Source: a virus
Taxonomy: Duplodnaviria; Caudoviricetes
Length of the DNA: 64,000 bases
Virus record (IMG/VR): IMGVR_UViG_3300031890_000005
Span: 603-64,602 of that record
Direction: 5' to 3' (one strand)
In this document: positions 34,106-42,713 of the stretch, piece after piece
How the letters are laid out: the number at the start of each line of letters is the position of its first letter
Position numbering within the stretch: position 1 is the first letter of the stretch
The notes under the pieces: model-generated
Database searches by the model: none
Seen by the model: only the letters and a program-made list of their open reading frames with translations
What the model was told of the DNA's origin: nothing
Translations under genes and position numbers: made by a program

Positions 34106-34299
34106 CACATGAGTGTCCAGCCGTCGGCTGCACCAGACGAGTAGTACCCAATCAACTCGCCTGTCGCGATGACTGGTATCGGCTACCCACAGGCCTCAGG
34201 AGGCAGATATACCGTGCCTACTATGGTCCGGGTCCCGGCTCCAGTATGCACAACACTGCCCTGGATGCTGCCATAGAGTGGTATAGGGATAACCCATGA
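34102..34299 (+). CDS. Small Cys/His phage protein
   Basis: HECPAVGC...LAC..W..LP..LRR.IYRAY. Confidence 0.65.
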   Translation: MTHECPAVGCTRRVVPNQLACRDDWYRLPTGLRRQIYRAYYGPGPGSSMHNTALDAAIEWYRDNP

Positions 34300-34565
34300 A
34301 GACCCCTGTACTGTTTGTCGACGGCCCAGCCAAAGGTCAAGTTCACTACATCGAAGGCCCTGTCTACTACCACCCAGACAGCAGTAGCATACCGCTAGGC
34401 GCACCACACATATATCACATACATAGGTTCAACTTCCTTGGCAAGCCTATGCGCCTTGCCACGACTCACCTCAATGCCGAGGAGGTCTTGAACCAAGATC
34501 TCTGGGACGTAATGACGTCCCCTGAAGCGAAGAGGGTCGCCCTTGAGCGAGCTCCTGCCACCTAA
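34296..34565 (+). CDS. Hypothetical protein
   Basis: ATGA coupling; LFVDGP..G motif. Confidence 0.7.
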   Translation: MKTPVLFVDGPAKGQVHYIEGPVYYHPDSSSIPLGAPHIYHIHRFNFLGKPMRLATTHLNAEEVLNQDLWDVMTSPEAKRVALERAPAT

Positions 34566-37191
34566 GAGGCACCCACTAGCGAACTGTCACGCGTGCCCTC
34601 TCTTTGACGACGAGTTCGCCTATGTACCTAGCTACGGACCGCCCAAGGCAGATATTGCGGTTATCGGACAGAACCCAGGTCAGAATGAGATACGCAGGGG
34701 CAAGCCCTTCATCGGGGCCTCTGGGCGCCTTCTTGATCAGGTCCTAAAGTACTATCACATCGAACGGAGCGAGCTATTCCTGACCAACGCTTGCCTCTGT
34801 GTCCACCGCCGGGAGAACATCAAACCGCCTTCGCTCGCAGTCCAAGCATGCAGGCCGAGGCTGATAGCCGAGCTCAAGGACCGCGGCGTCAAGAAGGTCA
34901 TCGCACTTGGCAACGTCCCAGCCCAAGGACTGTTTAGAACACGAGATAGTATCACCCGCCTGAGAGTAGGCGCCGCTCGTGAGATAGCAGACCTTCCCGC
35001 GGTACAGATATATAGCTCGTATCATCCAGCCGCCTGTCTGAGGAACGCTTCATTCTTTCCCAGCATGGCCAACGACTTCGGCAAGCTTGTACTACCGCCC
35101 CCACCATGGAAGGAACCAGGCTATGTTGTTTGGGAAGACCCTATCACTGCCATTCGCGGCCTCCGAGAAATGCAACGACGGGGAATACGTACTGTATCCC
35201 TTGACATCGAGACCTCCGTGCCTGGTGATAAGGACACCTCCTTTGATCATCCTTACCGGTACCGTCTACTGTGTATCGGGCTCGCCTACGCTCCCGACAA
35301 AGCCATAGTCATAGGCAAGGCCGCTTGCCGCAGTGATGCTGTCCTTGAGTGTCTGAGACTATACCTCCGCAACTGCACGATCATAACACAGAATGGAAAG
35401 TTTGACAAGCAAGGGACGCATAAGAAGGTCCCGTTTGTGTTCCATCGCGACACGATGCTACAATCATACATCCTTGACGAGAGGCCAGGCCATCATGGAC
35501 TCAAGCAACAGCTCGAGGAGAAGCTCGGGTATCCACGTTACGCTGACGAGATCAAGCAATATCTTGGGACCGGAAAGGCTAAATCGTTCGCTAACATTCC
35601 ACTGCCTGTACTCTATAAGTACAACGCGTTTGATACATGCGGTACGTTCGCGCTCGATGAGCACAATATGGCCCTCATGGAATCGGACGACTTCACCGAG
35701 CCAGTCAAGGAACGCGCTGATGGTGAGAAGTGGGGACTGGTTCGACTGCATGCTTTCATGGTCGAGACGGCAAACAACCTCGCCTTCACAGAGCTCAACG
35801 GAATGGGAGTCGACCTCAGATACAACGCGCAACTGATCCGAGAGTACGACGCCGAGATCGCACGCCTAGAACGGAAGATGTTCAAGATCATCGGCTCGGA
35901 GTTCAACCCACGCTCGCCATTGCAACTCAAGGATGTGTTCCATGAGCTTGGAGTTCCTTTGCCTCTCGTGCGGCGTCCCAATGGCACTCGATCCGAAACG
36001 ACCGATGCAGATACTCTGCAAGACCTGCTTGCGGAGTACCGAGATAAGCGCCGTCAGCGGACGAGTTCGTCAAGACTGTTGGGATTCGAATATCCGGAAG
36101 GTCCTAAGACACAAACGTTGGCAGGTCAACTTGTGGACGGCGAGTTCGAGGTCGAGACGGAGACCAAGGAGGTCGCGTTCCTTGAAACGCTTCTAGACCA
36201 TCGCAAAGCGGTCAAGTACAACGGCACGTACGCGCGCGGTCTGCGGAAGCATGTCTGGAAAGGTCGAGTGTTCCCAACTGTGATGATTCACACTACAGTC
36301 ACAGGGAGGACATCTCAGAAGCGTCCCTCACTGCAGGTCATCCCTCGCCGCGACAAACTGAAGCGACAGTTCAAGGTAGTCAAGCCCGAGAACATACTAG
36401 GAGAGTTCGACTATGGACAAATCGAGCTCCGGGTCCTCACCTGGCTCGCCCAAGAAGAATACTTCCGCGAAATCTTCTCCGATCCAAGCCGGGACCTCTT
36501 CAAGGAACTCGAGCCAACCATTAAGCCTACCCGCTCTGGCCGCCCTATCGAAAATCCGAAGGACGTCCGCAATATCGTCAAGTGCTATGTATACGGTCTT
36601 GCATACGGCCGTGAGGCTAAAAGTATCGCTGACGAGTTTGACATCAGCGTTCAAGAGGCTCAGCGAGGCCTCTCTAACTTCTTCCGAGTCATTCCGAACA
36701 TTGTCCGATTCCGTGAGGAGGTCAAGTGGCAGGCAACCAATGGAGAGGACCTCGTCACCCCCTTCGGACGACGACGCAGGTTCTGGCTGATCACTGACGA
36801 GAACAAGAAAGAAGTACAGAATGAGGCTTGTGCCTTCTACCCCCAGTCCATTGCGAGTGATATTTGTATACAAGCCTTCGACTGGCTCCGACCAAAGCTC
36901 AAGGGTAAGGCCTGGTGCCGCAACCTTGTACACGATGCATTGTTCTGGGAGTTCCATCAAGACGACCTCGACTTTGTTGTTGATACCGTCCGATCGACCA
37001 TGATCGCTTCAGCCGAAGCAGTCATGGGAACCTACGTTCCAATCAAAGTCGGAGTTGACCTAGGACGCAACTGGGGTGACATGTGCAAGTACGAAGAATG
37101 GAAGGAAGGCATTAGGCCGTACCCAACCGCAGTAGAACTATGGAGGCCTGAGTGGCTGACACCGAAGAACCTATTGGCAATTACCGCGTAG
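34543..37191 (+). CDS. polA: Family A DNA polymerase with N-terminal UDG-like domain and 3'-5' exonuclease
   Basis: UDG: CHAC, GQNPG..E, PFIG.SG.LL, NAC.C, HPAA; Exo: DIET, QNGKFD, YNAFD; Pol: DYGQIELR, K...YG...YG, HDA. Confidence 0.95.
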   Translation: MSELLPPKRHPLANCHACPLFDDEFAYVPSYGPPKADIAVIGQNPGQNEIRRGKPFIGASGRLLDQVLKYYHIERSELFLTNACLCVHRRENIKPPSLAVQACRPRLIAELKDRGVKKVIALGNVPAQGLFRTRDSITRLRVGAAREIADLPAVQIYSSYHPAACLRNASFFPSMANDFGKLVLPPPPWKEPGYVVWEDPITAIRGLREMQRRGIRTVSLDIETSVPGDKDTSFDHPYRYRLLCIGLAYAPDKAIVIGKAACRSDAVLECLRLYLRNCTIITQNGKFDKQGTHKKVPFVFHRDTMLQSYILDERPGHHGLKQQLEEKLGYPRYADEIKQYLGTGKAKSFANIPLPVLYKYNAFDTCGTFALDEHNMALMESDDFTEPVKERADGEKWGLVRLHAFMVETANNLAFTELNGMGVDLRYNAQLIREYDAEIARLERKMFKIIGSEFNPRSPLQLKDVFHELGVPLPLVRRPNGTRSETTDADTLQDLLAEYRDKRRQRTSSSRLLGFEYPEGPKTQTLAGQLVDGEFEVETETKEVAFLETLLDHRKAVKYNGTYARGLRKHVWKGRVFPTVMIHTTVTGRTSQKRPSLQVIPRRDKLKRQFKVVKPENILGEFDYGQIELRVLTWLAQEEYFREIFSDPSRDLFKELEPTIKPTRSGRPIENPKDVRNIVKCYVYGLAYGREAKSIADEFDISVQEAQRGLSNFFRVIPNIVRFREEVKWQATNGEDLVTPFGRRRRFWLITDENKKEVQNEACAFYPQSIASDICIQAFDWLRPKLKGKAWCRNLVHDALFWEFHQDDLDFVVDTVRSTMIASAEAVMGTYVPIKVGVDLGRNWGDMCKYEEWKEGIRPYPTAVELWRPEWLTPKNLLAITA

Positions 37192-37337
37192 CGCTCGACG
37201 TCATGGATGAGGACACCGAAGCAAACGTCATCATCGGTGACGTCGTAGGCAACTTCGAGGAGTTCCTCAACTGCTGTACCGACACATGGTACAGACTACA
37301 GAAGATCAAGTCACGGAGGGCGAAGGAAACAACATGA
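37152..37337 (+). CDS. Hypothetical protein
   Basis: SD GGAGG; ATGA coupling to the next gene. Confidence 0.6.
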   Translation: MADTEEPIGNYRVALDVMDEDTEANVIIGDVVGNFEEFLNCCTDTWYRLQKIKSRRAKETT

Positions 37338-39133
37338 CCGAAGATCTGATCGTCTGGGCGTCGGCGGACCCCGACTACAAGACCGGGTACGGGAGACAGA
37401 CGGCGATCTGGACAAGCAAGATGCGAGACGAGGGCTACAACGTCGAGATCGCATCTATGGGAGGCCTCAAAGGAGTACCCCGTGAATGGAACGGCATCAA
37501 GGTTTGGCCAGTAGGTGACTTCTTCGATCTGGCGCAGCTATACGTCCGTCGCGACGCGAAGCTCCTGATCGGTCTGCGCGATGTGTGGACGATCAACTCG
37601 GCCATCTTTGCCGAGGCGAACATCCGATGCGCCTTCTGGACGCCTATCGACTGCGATCCGATGTCGATCGCAGACCTAGCTCACCTGCGCGCCTCACGAG
37701 CATACCCGATCGCGATGTCACGATTCGGCGGTCGGATGCTACGCAAGGCAGGCTTCGAACAGTTTCAGTACGTCCCTCACGGTATCGATACGACGTACTG
37801 GACGCCCTCGGCGGATACCGAGATGGCAAGGATACGAGCAAACATTCCAGCCGACGTCTTCGTCATCGGCATCAACGCAACGAACTTTGATGCTCAACGC
37901 AAAGGCTGGTATGAGCAGCTCGAGGCGTTCGCGCGCTTTCATGCAGAGCACCCCAACACAGCTCTCCTTGTCCATACACTGCTCAACGACGAAGGTACGA
38001 ACCTCGAGTACGTTATTCACTTGCTCGGGATCGAGGACGTAGTTGGCGCCGTCGATCAGTGGATGTACAAGCAGGGTCTCATCAGCGACAACATCCTGCG
38101 GGAGTGGTACCGAACGCTACATGTCTTGTCCAACTGCAGCTGGGGCGAAGGGTTCGGCATACCCATCGTCGAGGCCCAAGCGTGTGGAGTGCCCGCGATC
38201 GTCACCGACTGCTCCTCTATGCCAGAACTGGTTGAGAACGGCTGGCTAGTCCCAGGCGAGCGGAAGTGGAACGCGACACATAACGGCAGATGGGTCGCTC
38301 CGAACATCGATGAGATCAGGAGCGCCTACGAAGAGGCGTATCAGATGTGGGCGACGGATAAATCACGCTGGCACGCCTTCACGACCCAGGCCCGCAAGTC
38401 CGCGCAGCGGTATAGCATCGATCGCGTCTGGAAGCGCTATTGGAGACCAGCGCTCAGCGCGATCTTCAGGGGCCGCACGATGATCTTCGAGAATGCAGGC
38501 CTTAGGTGGAAGGTCGATGTCGATATCACATCCGGCGACGGCATAGGCCCCCAGCACGAGGACTCAGTCGAGCAAGTACTGCTCAGCCTCATCCCCAAGG
38601 GCGGAGTGTTCCTTGACGTCGGAGCGCATGTTGGTCACTACTCGCTCAGGGCATCTAGGGTCGCCAAGCGGGTCATCGCCATTGAGGCCAACCCAGAGAC
38701 CGTCAAGCGCCTGCAGGACAACATCAAGCTGAACGACGTTACCAATGTACAGATCGTCCCCGTAGCGGCTTGGGACAAGGACGAGATCTTGCACCTGTTC
38801 AGCCCGAATCAGACCACCCGCGATGGATCGATGCGAGTGCTACCAGACGAGGACGGCCGAGAAGTTCCCGGCGAACGACTCGACGTCATACTCAAGGACG
38901 AGCCGCGTATCGACGTTATCAAGCTCGACGTGGAGGGAGCCGATCTTCATGCACTCCGAGGCATGCGCGAACTGATCGCCAAGCACCGGCCAGTCATGTT
39001 CATCGAAGACCATTCCATCTATGACTACTACAAGCGGGAGGACCTACTAGCGCTCATCGACGAGCTCGGGTATGACTGGATCGACGGAGGCACCTACGGA
39101 GGCGCCAACTACTTCATTTGCAGGCCACGATGA
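37334..39133 (+). CDS. GT4 glycosyltransferase fused to an FkbM-family methyltransferase
   Basis: VPHGIDT, EGFGIPIVEAQACGVP.IVTD (GT-B); FLDVGAHVG, AIEANP, IKLDVEG (FkbM). Confidence 0.9.
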   Translation: MTEDLIVWASADPDYKTGYGRQTAIWTSKMRDEGYNVEIASMGGLKGVPREWNGIKVWPVGDFFDLAQLYVRRDAKLLIGLRDVWTINSAIFAEANIRCAFWTPIDCDPMSIADLAHLRASRAYPIAMSRFGGRMLRKAGFEQFQYVPHGIDTTYWTPSADTEMARIRANIPADVFVIGINATNFDAQRKGWYEQLEAFARFHAEHPNTALLVHTLLNDEGTNLEYVIHLLGIEDVVGAVDQWMYKQGLISDNILREWYRTLHVLSNCSWGEGFGIPIVEAQACGVPAIVTDCSSMPELVENGWLVPGERKWNATHNGRWVAPNIDEIRSAYEEAYQMWATDKSRWHAFTTQARKSAQRYSIDRVWKRYWRPALSAIFRGRTMIFENAGLRWKVDVDITSGDGIGPQHEDSVEQVLLSLIPKGGVFLDVGAHVGHYSLRASRVAKRVIAIEANPETVKRLQDNIKLNDVTNVQIVPVAAWDKDEILHLFSPNQTTRDGSMRVLPDEDGREVPGERLDVILKDEPRIDVIKLDVEGADLHALRGMRELIAKHRPVMFIEDHSIYDYYKREDLLALIDELGYDWIDGGTYGGANYFICRPR

Positions 39134-39528
39134 GTCGGCATCTTGAGCGTATACACAGTACGGGCAGGCCGGAGGTATACAGAGGCTCAACCTACACGAT
39201 GCCAGCCCGGAGACCTGTCTATACCAACCAGGCCTTTCCGCGGCCGCGCTGGGTCATGTGTGGTGTTGACATTCCAGGCGAGCGTCCCTGCCGGCTCATC
39301 GCATCCAACACGCTCAGGCTGGCCGAGCTCACGGCGGAGTACGAGTATGCCGATCTGGTCGACTCTAGTCACATCATGTACCAAGCAATCATGACCCACG
39401 CGACCCTGACGCTCACAACGGTTATGCGCAACATGGTCATCATCGACGGCCCTGACTGGCGCACATGCTTCGAGGAACTGTTCCGCAAGTGGTCGCCTTC
39501 TGGAGCGATTGGAGAGATCGAACCATGA
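39130..39528 (+). CDS. Hypothetical protein
   Basis: ATGA coupling at both ends. Confidence 0.65.
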   Translation: MSRHLERIHSTGRPEVYRGSTYTMPARRPVYTNQAFPRPRWVMCGVDIPGERPCRLIASNTLRLAELTAEYEYADLVDSSHIMYQAIMTHATLTLTTVMRNMVIIDGPDWRTCFEELFRKWSPSGAIGEIEP

Positions 39529-40070
39529 CTACATTGAACATCAAACCAGCAGACCTGCTGCTAACACGATCGACCGGTTGGGGATCGTGGATGATCAGGT
39601 TCGGAGCGGCCCTTCGCGATCGCCCGAACTTGGTCAACCACGTCGCCATCGTTCACCACATAGACAAGGAAGGAACGGTGTGGTGTATCGAGGGGCGTCC
39701 CGGCGGCGTCGGCTGGCGAGACGCTAAGGACTACCTGAGCTCGTCACACACGATGTGCAACTACAAGCAGCCCAAGGATGAGGCTCAGCGCAAGATCGTA
39801 ACCGACGGCGCAGTCGCTATGCTTGGGACCCCCTACGACTGGGAGGCGATCGCCTCCGACGCAGCTAACTCATTCCCAGGCCTCGCGAACATCTGGAACC
39901 TCAAGTGGGGACCGCAGGGTACTGTACCCGGTCATGTAGTCTGTTCCTCCCTAGCCGCATTCCTATACGACCCGAAAGCCAAACTGGCACGACCCGAAGG
40001 TGACCGAGAGGTCGCGCCCGCTGATTGGCTCGCGCTATGGATCGATCGGGGATGGGCGACGAGACCGTGA
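39525..40070 (+). CDS. Permuted papain-like (NlpC/P60 YiiX/YaeF-type) enzyme
   Basis: DLLL, NHVAIV, IEG..GGV, LGTPYDW, VVCSSL; His precedes Cys. Confidence 0.75.
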   Translation: MTTLNIKPADLLLTRSTGWGSWMIRFGAALRDRPNLVNHVAIVHHIDKEGTVWCIEGRPGGVGWRDAKDYLSSSHTMCNYKQPKDEAQRKIVTDGAVAMLGTPYDWEAIASDAANSFPGLANIWNLKWGPQGTVPGHVVCSSLAAFLYDPKAKLARPEGDREVAPADWLALWIDRGWATRP

Positions 40071-40510
40071 AGCTACTAGGCATAGATCCAGGACACACAA
40101 CAGGATGGGCTGACTGGCAGAAGCTCGGAGGCTTCAAGACGTACGGTCAGATAGGCCCGGCTGAGCATCACGGCCTCCTATGGGACCTGCTATGTTCCAT
40201 AGAGGCGGACGTCATCATCTGTGAGTCCTTTGAGCATCATAAGGCCAACGAGGCAGCAGAACTGATCTCCCTAGAGTACATAGGCGTAGTCAAGAACTTC
40301 TGCGTCGTCTCAAGCACGCGCCTAGTCATGCAGCAGTCCGCCATCAAGACATGGGCTAGCGACGCCAAACTGTGCCACCTCGGCCTCTTCCACACTCATG
40401 CCACCCGGAACGCAGCAGACGCGCGCAGGCATCTTCTGTACTATCTAGCACACAATAGCTACGTGGACAAAGAGATCCGCACTGAGACCTTGCGGAGTTT
40501 GAAGACCTGA
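40067..40510 (+). CDS. RuvC-like Holliday junction resolvase
   Basis: LLGIDPGHTTGWA, VIICESF, EYIG, NAADA (RNase H-fold acidic residues). Confidence 0.8.
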   Translation: MKLLGIDPGHTTGWADWQKLGGFKTYGQIGPAEHHGLLWDLLCSIEADVIICESFEHHKANEAAELISLEYIGVVKNFCVVSSTRLVMQQSAIKTWASDAKLCHLGLFHTHATRNAADARRHLLYYLAHNSYVDKEIRTETLRSLKT

Positions 40511-40553
40511 GCCCGGAAGCTGCGGGCGGACGGCGCTGCAAACCGGGCTCAGG
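40506..40553. terminator. Bidirectional hairpin between the convergent arms
   Basis: CCTGAGCCCGG ... CCGGGCTCAGG lies between the plus-strand stop at 40510 and the minus-strand stop at 40561. Confidence 0.75.
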
Positions 40554-40560
40554 GGCCTCT

Positions 40561-40956
40561 TCAGTTCGTCTTCGTCCCTCCAAAGTAGGCAACCGCCATA
40601 CCGTTCTCGATCATCACATCACCGAACACGCGGCCGTCCGGCAAGGTGATCTCGCCGTCGTACCGCCCACCATACTTGTCCCATGAATGCGACATGACCG
40701 TTACCAGGGTGCCGGGAGGACATAGGCCTTCGGCGTACGCGTGAGCTGCCTTACCTGACCCGTCAGGGTTGGCCAACTCGGGCGCGTTGATCCCGTAGAT
40801 ACGACACGAGAGGACCGGCTTGCCGCCTAGGTCGTAGGCAGCAAGAATGATCCCGAACCCTAGGTCCAGATCCGCATGACACGTATCGCCGTCGTGCCAG
40901 TCGAGGATCTTCGCCCGATAGGGGCCGTAGACCCCACTCACGGGTTCGTCAGCCAC
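40561..40956 (-). CDS. Thermonuclease (SNase-like)
   Basis: DWHDGDT, RIYGINAPE, DKYGGR, MIENGMA. Confidence 0.88.
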   Translation of the reverse strand: MADEPVSGVYGPYRAKILDWHDGDTCHADLDLGFGIILAAYDLGGKPVLSCRIYGINAPELANPDGSGKAAHAYAEGLCPPGTLVTVMSHSWDKYGGRYDGEITLPDGRVFGDVMIENGMAVAYFGGTKTN

Positions 40957-41759
40957 TTCGTACCTGCCTTCGGAACGATCTTCGAGAGGGCATCCTCATC
41001 AAGACCGATCAGGCCCGCGCCGACGTTCGTGTCCAGATCGGACTCATGCGCCAGCCAGGCTGCCGTAGTTGAGTAGCCCCGAGACTTAGCGACCTGCCCC
41101 ATCGTCTGAGTGCCATCGAAGGTATGAACGTTCGACGGTGGCGGCGGTGGGGGAGGCTTCGGCGACGTGAAGCCGTACATCTTCTGCAAATCCGAAGCGC
41201 TCATACCATCCGCGGAGTTGAAGTCAGACGGCCCAAACGGCGCCGTTTTCTGCTTATCGGTGAACTGGTGAGCGTACTTGCCCGGGTAGCTCGGGTTAGA
41301 GCCATAGGCCGCGATGATGAGCTTGATGCCATGCGGCTTGCTAGGCCAGAGCGAGTTCAGGTCACTCGTATTACCGTAACCGACAACCCGGCTAGCGCTC
41401 CCGAGCCACTTAGCCAGCTCGTTGAACTGCGTGTTGATCGCTCCGGATTGGTTCCCGGAGACCTGTCCACCGGCGCCCTCGACGTCGATCATCGCGACCA
41501 TGTGAGGATCAGGATGTCCGACTCGGCTCCTGAGCAACGCGGCCCCGTCAAAGCCTGGCCGGTAGAAGTAGTAGACCATGAACCCCCACATGCGTCCGGA
41601 CGCGACGGCTGACCGACACCACGTGATGTTCTGTACGAAGTGATGGTCCTGATAGCTACCGTCGTTCGAACGAATGCACAGGAAGTGATACGGATAGGAA
41701 TTGTTCACCGGTACCTGGAACTCCGAGATGTCGGACCAGAGTGTATCAGTCATTGTCAT
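40938..41759 (-). CDS. Endolysin: GH25-like muramidase, Pro linker and short LysM-like tail
   Basis: DISEFQ and MIDVE (DxE) catalytic motifs; actinophage LysA-like SYPY..L..RSNDG. Confidence 0.82.
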   Translation of the reverse strand: MTMTDTLWSDISEFQVPVNNSYPYHFLCIRSNDGSYQDHHFVQNITWCRSAVASGRMWGFMVYYFYRPGFDGAALLRSRVGHPDPHMVAMIDVEGAGGQVSGNQSGAINTQFNELAKWLGSASRVVGYGNTSDLNSLWPSKPHGIKLIIAAYGSNPSYPGKYAHQFTDKQKTAPFGPSDFNSADGMSASDLQKMYGFTSPKPPPPPPPSNVHTFDGTQTMGQVAKSRGYSTTAAWLAHESDLDTNVGAGLIGLDEDALSKIVPKAGTKWLTNP

Positions 41760-41892
41760 CCGCCTCCACGATGTGCTTTTCCATTTGCTCGTCCGCCTCC
41801 TCAGCAGTACTCGCCTTAACCGTGTGACCGCATGTGCACTTAGCTACATAATTCCACCACCTTCCCTTAGCAAGCTCAGCGGTGTGCTTCAT
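41746..41892 (-). CDS. Hypothetical 48-aa protein (not in ORF track)
   Basis: ATGA coupling; MKHTAELAKGRWWNYVAKCTCGH...KH. Confidence 0.6.
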   Translation of the reverse strand: MKHTAELAKGRWWNYVAKCTCGHTVKASTAEEADEQMEKHIVEADDND

Positions 41893-42140
41893 CCAACACC
41901 GTCAGGCTTAGCCCGGCACGGCTTAGGCAAGAACGGTACCGTAGGGAACGCGGGAAGTCTAACATGATTATGTGTCGCAATAGCCTGTAGCGAATCCCGT
42001 TGCCAGTTCTCAACGATGCATAGTCGGATCGTTACGTTATCCAACTTGTTGTAGATGTCATTAATTGCCAACCCGATTGTAGCAACGCACGCAATACCGA
42101 TAGCGGTGAGCACAATTACTGCTACCTGAATGACTCGCAA
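41889..42140 (-). CDS. Single-pass membrane protein of the lysis region (TTG start likely)
   Basis: TTG 2 nt after the upstream stop; N-terminal TM segment; two Cys. Confidence 0.6.
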   Translation of the reverse strand: MRVIQVAVIVLTAIGIACVATIGLAINDIYNKLDNVTIRLCIVENWQRDSLQAIATHNHVRLPAFPTVPFLPKPCRAKPDGVG

Positions 42141-42142
42141 CT

Positions 42143-42403
42143 TTACCGTGTTACCAGATGTAGCAGAGCCAGGACCCCGAGGACTATCAGCGGTCCCACT
42201 ATGCATGATACTACCACTAGCGCCGCCTGCCACCGACGCTCGTTCTGCCGAGCCTCCAGGCTCTCCTCGCGCGTCCATCGATCTTCCATGGTCCTTTCTA
42301 CTGCCGCAATTCGGTTCGATAGTTCAACCTCTAGCGACGTCATGCGGTCCTTCAGCCTGGCGACGTCAGAGTCTCTTGGCTGCCAATTGTTCCGGTCACT
42401 CAC
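42143..42403 (-). CDS. Coiled-coil plus C-terminal TM protein (holin-like / lysis accessory)
   Basis: Heptad region then a hydrophobic C-terminus; upstream of endolysin. Confidence 0.6.
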   Translation of the reverse strand: MSDRNNWQPRDSDVARLKDRMTSLEVELSNRIAAVERTMEDRWTREESLEARQNERRWQAALVVVSCIVGPLIVLGVLALLHLVTR

Positions 42404-42705
42404 TGCGGCCCGATCACGTTCCGCTGGCTGTTCGAGAAGACATAAGGTGTAGCCGGCGCCGTATAGCCGTAACTCGTCGGCATCGTGCCCTTCTCGTACA
42501 TCTCGACAAAGGCATTGGCATCAGCTACCGCTGACAGAATCGCATTAGCGTCCGCTTGAGAGAACCCGATGCTCACTAGGTCAGCCTGCGACAGAGCAGA
42601 CGTATAGCCATACAGGTTCTTGATCGCCGCGAGGGCGGCCCGTAGCTGCATAAGCCCCTGCTGAACGTTTCCTAGTACCTGTTGCTGAGTAATCCCGCCG
42701 ATCAT
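42400..42705 (-). CDS. Hypothetical late protein
   Basis: SD AGGAGGG; late operon. Confidence 0.75.
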   Translation of the reverse strand: MIGGITQQQVLGNVQQGLMQLRAALAAIKNLYGYTSALSQADLVSIGFSQADANAILSAVADANAFVEMYEKGTMPTSYGYTAPATPYVFSNSQRNVIGPQ

Positions 42706-42713
42706 CAGCCCTC

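Noticed and set aside
600-40400. Numerous minus-strand ORFs in the left arm (e.g. 6300-6887, 14291-14992, 36397-36960)
   Set aside because: They are antisense shadows of well-supported plus-strand genes, lacking SDs and recognisable motifs.
41889-42278. 129-aa ORF as listed in the track
   Set aside because: Its 5' part overlaps 42143-42403 heavily; a TTG at 42140, right after that stop, is more plausible.
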